The position numbers and the translations under genes were made by a program. Below, one piece after another: positions 55,601-63,682 of a stretch of DNA of 64,000 bases; position 1 is the stretch's first letter; each line of letters opens with the position of its first letter. This DNA comes from a virus. Location of the stretch: IMG/VR virus record IMGVR_UViG_3300032397_000001, one strand, 5' to 3'. The notes below the pieces were generated by a model. That model did no database searches and was not told where the DNA came from. It was given only the letters and a program-made list of their open reading frames with translations.

Positions 55601-57516
55601 CAAAAATTCCTTTTATTAATAAAGATGGTTTTATTCGATTTGATCGTATTGATTCTGTGGTATTGGATAAGATTCATTCAGTTCTATCATTGAACGTAAA
55701 TTCTAGAGAGAGTGAAAATAAAAAGGTTCTCAGGATCATTAGTCACAAATATAATAAAAAGAAGATGTATAGAATCACGACGAAGGGCTATTCTGAAGAT
55801 GTAACTAAAGACCATATGGTTTATACCTTTAATTGTTTAACTGATGAGATTTGTCGGAAAGGCCCTCTTGAAATTAATACCAAACGTGATTTCTTAATTA
55901 TTAGTAACTCACTACCTGTTGTCAATAGAGAAATCACTTTAGATTTAAGAGAATCCCTTATTGAGGTACAGAAGAGCGAGAATAGCCTCTTCATAAGAGT
56001 CCTTGCTAAAGATTTCGATTGGAAAGTTGATGGCACTGTTAAATTAACAAAAGGAAACATTCAATTTACTAGAGAGCTTTCTAGATATAAGGTTGAGCGT
56101 CTTTTAGGATTTTCGAAGAATATGCTGCAAACATATGATGAGGGCAAAGGAAGAATTCCTTTAGATGTTTTTCAGAGAATTCGAGAGATTGTTCCTGTCG
56201 ATCTCAGTACTGTTTATGTATATGTAAAGTATTCAAAAGAGAATTTTCATTATTTAGATATTCTAGGTAGTTGTATTATTGATTGCAAAAGGAATATTAT
56301 TGATTGGAATGTTACATTAGATAGTGAAATAGCTTATCTAGTTGGTCTATATATTGGTGATGGATCATGGGGTACTGGTCCTGCGTATGCAATTGAGTTC
56401 GCGACTGGATTAAACTTGTATGAAGACTTTATTAGGAATTGTTCTAAAAAGTTGGGATATCATTTTAAAGAATATTTTAGAATCGAGAATTGTGCAAAGG
56501 CAGTTATCTGTTCTATTCAGTTTCAGGCTATTCTCTACGAGCTAGGATTACGGAAAAGTGTTAATCATTCGGTTAAATTTATTCCAGAGATTTTCTTTTC
56601 GGCAACAGAGTCTACTCGAAAAGCTTTATTGTTGGGGCTATATCATAGTGATGGCAGTTTTTATTATGCCTTAGGTTATTCTCCTTGCCTTGATTTTCGT
56701 ACTACATCAGAGAGTTTAAGAGATGGATTAACATTCTTATTACGTCAGTTTGGGGTATTTCCATCATTGCGTACTCGTCCTCCAAACAAGAAATTGAAAG
56801 AGCAGTGGGGCCGTTCTACTATTATTGACAGGAAACCTATTTTTGTTGTTACATGTAATCAGCAGCGTGACATTGTTAGTTTAGACTTTATTTGTAGGAT
56901 GTTTAACTTAGAGAATCTATCTAAATATAAAACACCTGTTGTTGATTTTATGGCACGTACTAGAGATTTTATTCCACTAACTGAAACGGTGTCTGCGGTT
57001 AGAATTCGGAGGATCGAAGAAGTAAGTTATGCTTATGATAGAGTTTACGACTTGGAAGTTGAAGAGCATCATAATTTCGGAATTGGCATGACAGGAATGA
57101 TACTCCGAAATAGTGACGGAAAACATATAACTTGCTTACTTTTAACATTCTTTTTGCAATGGATGAGACCTTTGATTGAGCAAGGGTATATTTATATTGC
57201 TAGATCTCCTCTCTATCGAATTGTAGAAAAGACAAAGATTCAGTTTGCATATTCTGATATTGAGTTATCTAAAATACAGAAATCTCCAGGCGCGATTATT
57301 ACTCGCTTTAAAGGGTTAGGTGAATTGAATCCAAATGAATTGGCTAAGGCAATATTTGATCCTTTAACTAGGCATTTGAGTTGTGTTTCGTTAAATGATC
57401 TTACGCAGGCAGCTACAGTTACTTATTGTTTAATGGGGCCTGATCGTGAGATGCGTTGGGATTTCATAAATGAATTTATGTCACAGATTGATTATGAATG
57501 GAAAGGGGAAGTATAA
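52603..57516 (+). CDS. gyrB: Type IIA topoisomerase subunit B (GyrB/ParE) with two inteins; ~612 aa after splicing
   Basis: EAVRKRPMMY, NAVDE, DFGRGVP, LHAGGKF, GLHGVG, PGKLADC, VEGE/SA, PIRGK, DAD/SDG.HI, RFKGLGE. Confidence 0.93.
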   Translation: MKYDDKSIQVFKGVEAVRKRPMMYITSLDASGIRHMFREILTNAVDEHLAGYGNKLIVKKVGSQIIVRDFGRGVPFGIHPEEQINTLTLVATQLHAGGKFDENLYKISAGLHGVGLSVVNALSSSLIIKSFRDGKSAHQFFKKGIPDSDVVLGSTSEENGTLVVYTPDNEIFNTIDISVDWLVEDLFFISCLNSLHIVADLDGQDLELKDRSPCSLIESKDLLHEVIEIPNATADNKVYVLFAFSLSYNPKVFCFVNNVPVQRGNFLSSFYDCFAKQLNESGMGFESGDLQESISLVLSIRAPVSVIHFKGQSKEVADLKYDKIRPLYEYLFDRVWEARGFKALLTKYYKPFLTAVQQRRAKSKDLKNALKELGDQKTTTIILPGKLADCQDQEGYGELYIVEGESVSYDTMIPFIDKKGVERFLRICDINPEDIESVRSFNLHSGKYEIKRVIGVIRHLYNKKYIFRVKVKGGFWFDITEDNQSIYVYRDSSLHEVGLSDIKIGDLLVSPIQEEFNIISSPINVISVLVRVVGESRTQKISNKFIQLDYQDFDFGVEGLICSLKDVFYCYGMDRSTISRWTNISYNALEGFDRKRYSISLFHFGKVKKFIQDFNEKDFFIKLPLTEENVKYYSGKSSFQFVIQRGSGGLGDHFLSPLPLQYKMSVDLAFIIGQYIGDGYHRMPCTPKAQVAFCIGEDKHLISDQLRLCSERLFKSHGTITESKPANKCFQLGVLELRLILYALGLTHEIKSSDKFIPQCFFSESKEVVESLLKGLYLSGGYLTTDTDYFKLGFETSSRRLAFELCRLLFLYFGIIPVFQSKPSKRYIIQGISGITKEVFCVTINKYNDQIRLKFICKLFESFNSDKNISDRPQYFCQGDFRYIPVVKIERVPYNNPYVYDLSIKDNENFHVGAIPLLVHNSASGTAKQARDRRFQAILPIRGKTLNTLKATLSKTVESDVIKDIFAAVGVDISGKQITIRPRYSKIIIASDADSVSAETKIPFINKDGFIRFDRIDSVVLDKIHSVLSLNVNSRESENKKVLRIISHKYNKKKMYRITTKGYSEDVTKDHMVYTFNCLTDEICRKGPLEINTKRDFLIISNSLPVVNREITLDLRESLIEVQKSENSLFIRVLAKDFDWKVDGTVKLTKGNIQFTRELSRYKVERLLGFSKNMLQTYDEGKGRIPLDVFQRIREIVPVDLSTVYVYVKYSKENFHYLDILGSCIIDCKRNIIDWNVTLDSEIAYLVGLYIGDGSWGTGPAYAIEFATGLNLYEDFIRNCSKKLGYHFKEYFRIENCAKAVICSIQFQAILYELGLRKSVNHSVKFIPEIFFSATESTRKALLLGLYHSDGSFYYALGYSPCLDFRTTSESLRDGLTFLLRQFGVFPSLRTRPPNKKLKEQWGRSTIIDRKPIFVVTCNQQRDIVSLDFICRMFNLENLSKYKTPVVDFMARTRDFIPLTETVSAVRIRRIEEVSYAYDRVYDLEVEEHHNFGIGMTGMILRNSDGKHITCLLLTFFLQWMRPLIEQGYIYIARSPLYRIVEKTKIQFAYSDIELSKIQKSPGAIITRFKGLGELNPNELAKAIFDPLTRHLSCVSLNDLTQAATVTYCLMGPDREMRWDFINEFMSQIDYEWKGEV
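53818..55365 (+). mobile_element. Intein 1 in gyrB (516 aa, Ser1...His-Asn/Ser) with LAGLIDADG domain
   Basis: VEGE|SVSYDT...YVYDLSI...VHN|SASG; LAFIIGQYIGDG and LLKGLYLSGG. Confidence 0.9.
55585..57111 (+). mobile_element. Intein 2 in gyrB (509 aa, Ser1...Arg-Asn/Ser) with LAGLIDADG domain
   Basis: DAD|SVSAET...VTKDH...VYDLEVEEHHNF...LRN|SDGKHI; IAYLVGLYIGDG, LLLGLYHSDG. Confidence 0.9.
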
Positions 57517-57870
57517 ATGTCAGTATCAGCTTATGAGACAAAGTTGAATAAGACGCTCGATGATCTTCAAAGTTTAAAAGAGGTGCTTCAAGAATTACAG
57601 CGACTAAAAGATAAAAATTTGTCATTGGCCTACTTCGTAGAAGTCTTGCAACGTGATAATAAACTACTTCTATCACGTGTAAAGAAGATAGATGAGGATA
57701 TTGTGAAAGGTGCAACTGAACAGGAAGCGTTACTTTTGGATAAGATTCGGCAATTACAAAGCGACTTTTCTGATATGTATGATGCTCATCGAACTACATT
57801 TAGGCGTTGTGTAAAGTGTAACCATTTACGAGAGCAAGGATTAATTTGTCCAAGTTGCGGAAATAATTAA
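57517..57870 (+). CDS. Coiled-coil protein with C-terminal zinc ribbon
   Basis: Heptads then CVKC...CPSC. Confidence 0.65.
   Translation: MSVSAYETKLNKTLDDLQSLKEVLQELQRLKDKNLSLAYFVEVLQRDNKLLLSRVKKIDEDIVKGATEQEALLLDKIRQLQSDFSDMYDAHRTTFRRCVKCNHLREQGLICPSCGNN
57800..57825. repeat. 26-bp sequence with a perfect inverted copy at 63860-63885
   Basis: TTAGGCGTTGTGTAAAGTGTAACCAT is the reverse complement of ATGGTTACACTTTACACAACGCCTAA. Confidence 0.9.
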
Positions 57871-57977
57871 GGTGGAAGAGCAATTTATCACCTACAGATT
57901 CTGCAGAGATGTAATATTGGTTGAAATTCCAGAAAAGAATTGGACTTGATCGTCGTTAGAATTAAGGAAGGAATATT

Positions 57978-58301
57978 ATGACTGAAAAAGAAGTGTGGTG
58001 GAATACGGTTGAGAAATACTGGGAGCATCTTTTCGCAATCATAATAAAATTTCTTCCTAATGTGACATTCATTGGTTGTGAGGGTAACATAATTTCTCAT
58101 GATACGTTGATGGAAATCACTTTACTAAAAGAATGTAAAGATCCTCGACTGTGTCGTTATCTTTTTATGGTATGGGATGCAGCACTTGATGATCCATCAA
58201 TTCATAGTATTTCTGGTTGGAGAATTTTATGTGACCTTCTTTCTGAAGAGTACATCTTCAATGAAGGGGAGGACAATGGGAATCTTGGTAAAGATGATTA
58301 G
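57978..58301 (+). CDS. Hypothetical protein
   Basis: 107 aa, SD AAGGA. Confidence 0.65.
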   Translation: MTEKEVWWNTVEKYWEHLFAIIIKFLPNVTFIGCEGNIISHDTLMEITLLKECKDPRLCRYLFMVWDAALDDPSIHSISGWRILCDLLSEEYIFNEGEDNGNLGKDD

Positions 58302-58464
58302 AGAGCTTATTGCTCGTGGAGAACCCCCTACACGCATTAAGTTTTTGCTAGGAATACCAAAGGAGTTCTTCGATACTTTTTATTCGACTGCAATTTATCA
58401 ACATCAAAAGAAGGTTTTGTCAAAACGAGGGTATTATGTTAAGGTCAGTGAAACTATGTGCTGA
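58276..58464 (+). CDS. Small hypothetical protein
   Basis: ATG 58276 after GGAGG. Confidence 0.55.
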   Translation: MGILVKMIRELIARGEPPTRIKFLLGIPKEFFDTFYSTAIYQHQKKVLSKRGYYVKVSETMC

Positions 58465-58526
58465 GTAGTGTAGTGGTGAGCACCAGTCCTGCACCCCTAA
58501 GCTGGCCTTTTTGGGAAAGGGATATT

Positions 58527-59510
58527 ATGTCAATTTTAATCACGTCTGATTTGCATTTCGATGAAAAGATTGTTAATGATGGGTATCATGAAAAGCTTTC
58601 AGGGTTTCTGAGAGAACAGCAGACCGCTCACAGGGCAAATATGCTTTTCATTTTAGGTGATTTCTTTAGTGAGCATTTAGACCCTCATCGGCGTATTGCT
58701 TTCAAAGTACTTGATGCGATCGCAGATTTTTTCCATTCATTGGACTTCGAAAAGATTGTCATTTTGAAAGGTAATCATGACGAGTCGTTTATCGGTCATC
58801 ATAATCTGAAGATTCTCTCGTTGGATTTCCGTGTACAAATAATCGATACACCTACAATAGTTAAGATTAACAACATAAAATTCCTCTTCATTCCTTTCTG
58901 CAAGGATAAAGATCTTTTTTATTCGATTATTGATCAGGCTGAAGGTGGTGAGAATGTGATCGCTTTGATTCATCAACCGATAGTTGGATTTCGAGTAAGT
59001 GCAAAACATGCTTGCACGAATGGGATTGATTCTAACAAACTGCATAAGTTTGCTTTAGTTGTTGCAGGTGATTTTCACGATTATCAGAGTCAAGGTAATG
59101 TGGTATTTATTGGATCACCATATCAGGTACGGCGTGACGAAGATCTCAAAAAGTTCATGATGTCAATATCTGATGATCGTGTGTCGCTTATAGAGTTACC
59201 TGTAGCTTTGTCTCAAAGGTTCATTTTTGTGGAGAATGCTACACAGATTGATCAGTTGGGGGACTTGCGAGGGAAAATTGTAGTTGTATCTGAAGATGTT
59301 GATATTGATAAAATTAACCAGCTTAGAGATAAAGGAGTTAAGATTGTTTCTTCAAAGGCATTAATGAAGGAAAGTGCTCCTGTTGTTGAAGTGGATTTGT
59401 CATCCTTTTCGGTTAATCTTTTGAAATCAGCTGTTGAAAGAATGACTGATCCTTATATGAAGGCTGTAGGCCAAGATTTATTAGAAAGGATTGGTTATGG
59501 CTCATCGTAA
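58527..59510 (+). CDS. Mre11/SbcD (gp47-like) nuclease
   Basis: SDLH, LGDFF, GNHD, IHQ, GDFH, GSPYQ. Confidence 0.9.
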   Translation: MSILITSDLHFDEKIVNDGYHEKLSGFLREQQTAHRANMLFILGDFFSEHLDPHRRIAFKVLDAIADFFHSLDFEKIVILKGNHDESFIGHHNLKILSLDFRVQIIDTPTIVKINNIKFLFIPFCKDKDLFYSIIDQAEGGENVIALIHQPIVGFRVSAKHACTNGIDSNKLHKFALVVAGDFHDYQSQGNVVFIGSPYQVRRDEDLKKFMMSISDDRVSLIELPVALSQRFIFVENATQIDQLGDLRGKIVVVSEDVDIDKINQLRDKGVKIVSSKALMKESAPVVEVDLSSFSVNLLKSAVERMTDPYMKAVGQDLLERIGYGSS

Positions 59511-59718
59511 ATATCCGAGGTTGGGTAGCCAATATAAAACTCAGGTTACAGGGGAAGAAGGCTTCTTAAAGTGTGATCAGTGCCAGACGTATTTGGTGAA
59601 GGGTGAAACAGTTGTGAAGCAGGATATTCAGCTTGACTGGTTTCGTGAGGATGATGACGTGAAGAATTTATGTAAAAAGTGTGTACAGATTCTAGATTTG
59701 TCGAAGTTGTCGAAGTGA
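59497..59718 (+). CDS. Small zinc-binding protein
   Basis: CDQC...CKKC. Confidence 0.6.
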   Translation: MAHRKYPRLGSQYKTQVTGEEGFLKCDQCQTYLVKGETVVKQDIQLDWFREDDDVKNLCKKCVQILDLSKLSK

Positions 59719-60057
59719 TTGAAGGAGTCTGTTATTCGGTGTATGAATTGTGGCTATTGTTGTATCTATTATGATGTTATAATTTTAAAGCCTGGAATTA
59801 ACCTTTCCAAGTTACGGGCTGTAAAAACTGAAGATGTTATTCAACACAAAAGAGGGGGTGAATGTTGCCCTCATTTAGAATGGCTTGCTGATGGCAAAGC
59901 GAATTGTAAGATTCATCACTTCAAGATTTATAAGAAGACACCTTGTTTTTCTCATAGTCAGATAGAGCGGAATTTTGAATGTAATTGTCGAATGGGTGAA
60001 TATATTTGGAAGCAAGGACGTGCTAAGGAAATCAGGAAGGAATTTGAGGGAAGGTAA
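59719..60057 (+). CDS. YkgJ-like cysteine-cluster protein
   Basis: CMNCGYCC...CPHL...CKIH...PC. Confidence 0.75.
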   Translation: MKESVIRCMNCGYCCIYYDVIILKPGINLSKLRAVKTEDVIQHKRGGECCPHLEWLADGKANCKIHHFKIYKKTPCFSHSQIERNFECNCRMGEYIWKQGRAKEIRKEFEGR

Positions 60058-60058
60058 A

Positions 60059-61909
60059 ATGGAAGTAGTTTTTGAAAGTATGAAGCTCAAGAATTTTCGA
60101 TCTTTCGTTGAGGCTGATGTTACGTTTGTTCCTGGAGTTCATTTAGTGCTGGGTAGAAATGAGAAGGAAAGCAGTGCGGATTCCAATGGTGCAGGTAAGT
60201 CAACCATTTTTTCATATGCTCCGCCATACATAATATTTGGCCGTTTCAAATCACCCAACGGCAAAATAGTTCGAACTGGTATGGAACGACGCAACGCAGA
60301 TGATAATTGTTTTGGTGAGATGAATTTACGTGTTTCGAATCAACCTATAGTTATTACTCGGGGTCGATCGAAAGGGAAACCTTTCTTGAAGTTGTCAGGT
60401 ACTAAAACTCCTGTAAAGGCTGATCAAGAGTTGTCTTTTCTTGTTGGGTGTGACTTTGATGCCTTTTCTTCCTTGCAGGTTTTAACAAGATCGTCGTTTG
60501 AGTCGGGATTGTTTTATGGGACAGACACCCAGCGTAAAGATTTCTTTTTATCAGTAGCTGGGATAGATAAACTAATTGAGCAATCTCTAGAAGTACTAAA
60601 AAGTGATAAAGTAGACTATTCACTGAAGGCGTTAGAGATGAGAACGATGTATAACGCTGAGGAGTCTGCGAATACATTAGCTTTTCGTATGAGTGAGATT
60701 AATCAAGAAGTCTTGCGGCTTGAGTCAAATATTTCGAGTGCGGATTTATTGATCGCGAATTATCAAAGTGAATTAATGAAGCGGACAGATGAGCTGGTAG
60801 CTACACAGGGTGTATTGAAGGAGAAGGAGCGAAAGGTTTTAGAACTATCTGAAGTTTCTGGTGAGTTTAAGCGTCTTCATAAAATGTATGAGGAAAAGGG
60901 AGAACTACAAGGAAAGGTTAATAGTCTTAAGGACGCAATCTCTGAGAGATCGAAATACTGTGCTCGTTTGCAATCCTTGTCAGGGGCTGAATGTCTTAAT
61001 TGTGGTCAATTGGTTAGAGAGGATTACGTCCGTAAAATCTTAACGAATATGCAGGAGATTATTCAGTCTTCGAAAACTGCTTTAAAGGAAGCAGAGTCAA
61101 CCTTTGACAAGACATCTTCTTCGATATCCGAGATGGAAGAACTCAAGCGTCAGGTGGATAATCTTGATCGTACATTGCAAGCTGGACTTAGGACATTGCG
61201 CGACGAAATCAATAGGTTGCAATCTGATATTCGGGTTATGACGAGTCAGTATGAGCAAGCACTTCAAAATTTACAGCAATATAAGGATGCTCGTGAAGCG
61301 CATACTTGTGCTCTAGAAGAGTTGAGGAGACGAGAACATTTTATATTGCGTAGATTGGGCGCTATTAGAGATGATGCTCTTTGTTTTGGAAATCTAGAAA
61401 GTGCATGTCTTAAATGGGTTGATTTCTTCAAAAATCAATTACCAGCGCAAGCATTAACTGATATCACAAAGTTTTTGGGAAACTTCTCTGAACAGTGTCT
61501 TCGCACTTTGTGGGACATGAAGGTATCTATGCAGGTATACTTTGATCCTGCTACACAGAAACCTATTATCGATGTGAAGGATTCGGATGGTGATTTGGTT
61601 AATATCGATTCTTTAAGTGGAGGAGAGCAAGCTCGGGTTTATTTGTCTCTTACACTGGGTTCTATTCTTGCGACAAGAAGTTTTCGTGGTTGGAGTTCGA
61701 ATTTGTTTGTGCTTGATGAAGTGTTTGATGGGTGTCTCGACAGAACTGGCCGAGAAATCATTCTTTCGCTTTTGCATGAGATGGCTTTGAAATTCAATTT
61801 ATGTGTTTATGTTATTTCGCATCATTTAGATTACGCAAGAGAGAGTGTACCAGGTAGCATCTATACGTCGGTAAAAACTGTTGAAGGTAGTTATTTAGAG
61901 GTTTCATGA
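60059..61909 (+). CDS. Rad50/SbcC (gp46-like) ATPase
   Basis: NFRSF, NGAGKST, CLNC zinc hook, LSGGE, LDEVFD, ISH. Confidence 0.92.
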   Translation: MEVVFESMKLKNFRSFVEADVTFVPGVHLVLGRNEKESSADSNGAGKSTIFSYAPPYIIFGRFKSPNGKIVRTGMERRNADDNCFGEMNLRVSNQPIVITRGRSKGKPFLKLSGTKTPVKADQELSFLVGCDFDAFSSLQVLTRSSFESGLFYGTDTQRKDFFLSVAGIDKLIEQSLEVLKSDKVDYSLKALEMRTMYNAEESANTLAFRMSEINQEVLRLESNISSADLLIANYQSELMKRTDELVATQGVLKEKERKVLELSEVSGEFKRLHKMYEEKGELQGKVNSLKDAISERSKYCARLQSLSGAECLNCGQLVREDYVRKILTNMQEIIQSSKTALKEAESTFDKTSSSISEMEELKRQVDNLDRTLQAGLRTLRDEINRLQSDIRVMTSQYEQALQNLQQYKDAREAHTCALEELRRREHFILRRLGAIRDDALCFGNLESACLKWVDFFKNQLPAQALTDITKFLGNFSEQCLRTLWDMKVSMQVYFDPATQKPIIDVKDSDGDLVNIDSLSGGEQARVYLSLTLGSILATRSFRGWSSNLFVLDEVFDGCLDRTGREIILSLLHEMALKFNLCVYVISHHLDYARESVPGSIYTSVKTVEGSYLEVS

Positions 61910-61912
61910 AAG

Positions 61913-61947
61913 TGCCCCGTGAAAAATAAATTGAGTTTTTGTATAAT
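61913..61947 (+). promoter_or_regulatory. Phage promoter motif copy 6
   Basis: TGCCCC 61913-18, GTGAAA, TATAAT 61942-47. Confidence 0.8.
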
Positions 61948-61970
61948 CTCATAATGAAGAGGAGTGCGCT

Positions 61971-62858
61971 GTGTTAACGGTTCATGATTTACAGCCAGAT
62001 GTTCAGTTAAAGATTCAGAAAGTTGGTATTCGTAAGATTTCGGTTCCTGTTCAGTTTTCGTTAGATAGCTTTTTATATGGAGGTTTTCAATCTGATGTTT
62101 CTGTTCAGTCTTTGTTAGCTGATGCTTCGTGTTACGCTGAATTGAATCAAGATCAGAAAGGAGCACATCTTAGTCGGTTTGCAGAAATTTTACGCAAATG
62201 GTCTCCTATAACGCTTTATGAGGGTCTACCGCTTCGCTTGATTCAGGATCTTGCGAATCGTCATGAGTCGCATTGTGTATATCTTAAATTGAGATTTGTA
62301 CCTCTCTTCGAAGGAATATTTACAGTTACATATCAGAAGAAAGCTGAGCCCTTTCTTGTAGACGATACTTTTATTCGTCATCCCGTCAATGTCAGTTTTC
62401 CGTTTCAAATGATTGTTCCTATGATTTTTGAATATTCTGCATATCGAGATGGAAAGGTTAAGTTTTTTGTAACCTTCGAATTAATAGGTTTCAATGTTTG
62501 TCCTTGTGCGCTGAAGGAGTGTGATGGCCTTGCTTCACACTCCCAACGCGCACTGTTACGTGTGAGTTTAGATCTCAGTTCGGTGAAGGCAAGTGTAATT
62601 ACGTGGGATGAGTTGTTTCATGGTTTGATAAATACAACGTTCGCTGCACCTGCTGGCACGGTATTAAAGCGTGATCAAGAGTTAGCAGTCATCCAAACGG
62701 GCTTTCAGAACCCTCGATTCGTAGAAGATAGTGTTCGATTTGCAGCTTCTTATCTAACTGAACTCTTACCAGGTGTTCCTTATTCATTGGTATGCGATTC
62801 TGATGAAAGTATTCATTATCATAATGCAGTTGCAGTGATTCTAAATGGTATGCCATGA
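61971..62858 (+). CDS. folE2: GTP cyclohydrolase IB
   Basis: IQKVGI, KGAHLSRF, CPCA, SHSQR, LKR, NPRFVED, ESIHYHNA. Confidence 0.92.
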   Translation: MLTVHDLQPDVQLKIQKVGIRKISVPVQFSLDSFLYGGFQSDVSVQSLLADASCYAELNQDQKGAHLSRFAEILRKWSPITLYEGLPLRLIQDLANRHESHCVYLKLRFVPLFEGIFTVTYQKKAEPFLVDDTFIRHPVNVSFPFQMIVPMIFEYSAYRDGKVKFFVTFELIGFNVCPCALKECDGLASHSQRALLRVSLDLSSVKASVITWDELFHGLINTTFAAPAGTVLKRDQELAVIQTGFQNPRFVEDSVRFAASYLTELLPGVPYSLVCDSDESIHYHNAVAVILNGMP

Positions 62859-62900
62859 TTGATGAAGGCGCTTTAGAGTTTAAGATAAAATTCTTTGAAG
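62851..62900 (+). repeat. 50-bp perfect direct repeat, second copy at 63764-63813
   Basis: TGCCATGATTGATGAAGGCGCTTTAGAGTTTAAGATAAAATTCTTTGAAG at both sites. Confidence 0.95.
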
Positions 62901-63211
62901 TTATTGGGGATGAGTTTACAGCAGCTAATTTACGAGTCGAGCTTTCATTACAACGCCTTCACATTGCAATGTGGAGCGTATCACTTACGGCTCAGCAAAC
63001 TGCAGATGCATTTAAAGTGTTTACTGATAAGGTAAAAAAAGCAACTCTGGAGACATTTACATTTATGCTTTCTCTTAATCTCATTGGTAAGGTTAATGAG
63101 TATTATGGTTTTCCCCCTCTTACTGCTTTTTATGGAGTGGACTATGGGAAAAAGAAAGTTGCTTCCGCTATTTTTAGTAGTGCTACTCGTAGGATGTTCA
63201 AGCTTCGTTAA
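62855..63211 (+). CDS. Hypothetical protein starting within the direct repeat
   Basis: ATGA overlap with folE2. Confidence 0.5.
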   Translation: MIDEGALEFKIKFFEVIGDEFTAANLRVELSLQRLHIAMWSVSLTAQQTADAFKVFTDKVKKATLETFTFMLSLNLIGKVNEYYGFPPLTAFYGVDYGKKKVASAIFSSATRRMFKLR

Positions 63212-63485
63212 GGATGCCTACAAAACGATTGACGATACAGGAACCGTGTATCAGGAGTCTGTTAATCTGTACAACAACAAAACCCTTATTATAGATTTAC
63301 AGGGCCACGCCGCAGTTCGCGCTGCAGCAACTAAGGTGTATACTGATTACAAGGGTGCAATAGATACTCTTGAGAGATACAAGTTGAACAAGACTGATCA
63401 AAATAAAGCGTCAGTTAGTGACGCGTTGGTCAAATTATCTAATTCAAGAGTTGAGTTAGAGAGGTTAATCCAAAAATATTATTAG
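63144..63485 (+). CDS. Lipoprotein
   Basis: MGKRKLLPLFLVVLLVG-C lipobox; SD GGAG. Confidence 0.75.
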   Translation: MGKRKLLPLFLVVLLVGCSSFVKDAYKTIDDTGTVYQESVNLYNNKTLIIDLQGHAAVRAAATKVYTDYKGAIDTLERYKLNKTDQNKASVSDALVKLSNSRVELERLIQKYY

Positions 63486-63496
63486 GAGGTTCTGTT

Positions 63497-63682
63497 ATGG
63501 GAAAAAATTCAGTTAATTCAGCACAAGCCGAATTTTTGTCACTGTTGATACGGATGGGAATTGAACAAGGTATTCCTGCTATCATTCAACTCTGTAAGAA
63601 TTTGAGTGATGAGCCCTCGCTCGAGGAAATTCGAGCATTGCGAAAGAAGGTTCTTCCTCCTGAAGAAGCTTTTCATGACTGA
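63497..63682 (+). CDS. Small hypothetical protein
   Basis: SD AGGAGG, 61 aa. Confidence 0.65.
   Translation: MGKNSVNSAQAEFLSLLIRMGIEQGIPAIIQLCKNLSDEPSLEEIRALRKKVLPPEEAFHD

Noticed and set aside
58459-58512. tRNA-like 5' half (TA-GTGT-AGTGGTGA-GCAC D-arm) followed by a small hairpin and T-run
   Set aside because: No T-arm (GTTCRA) or acceptor 3' strand; at most a relic or weak terminator
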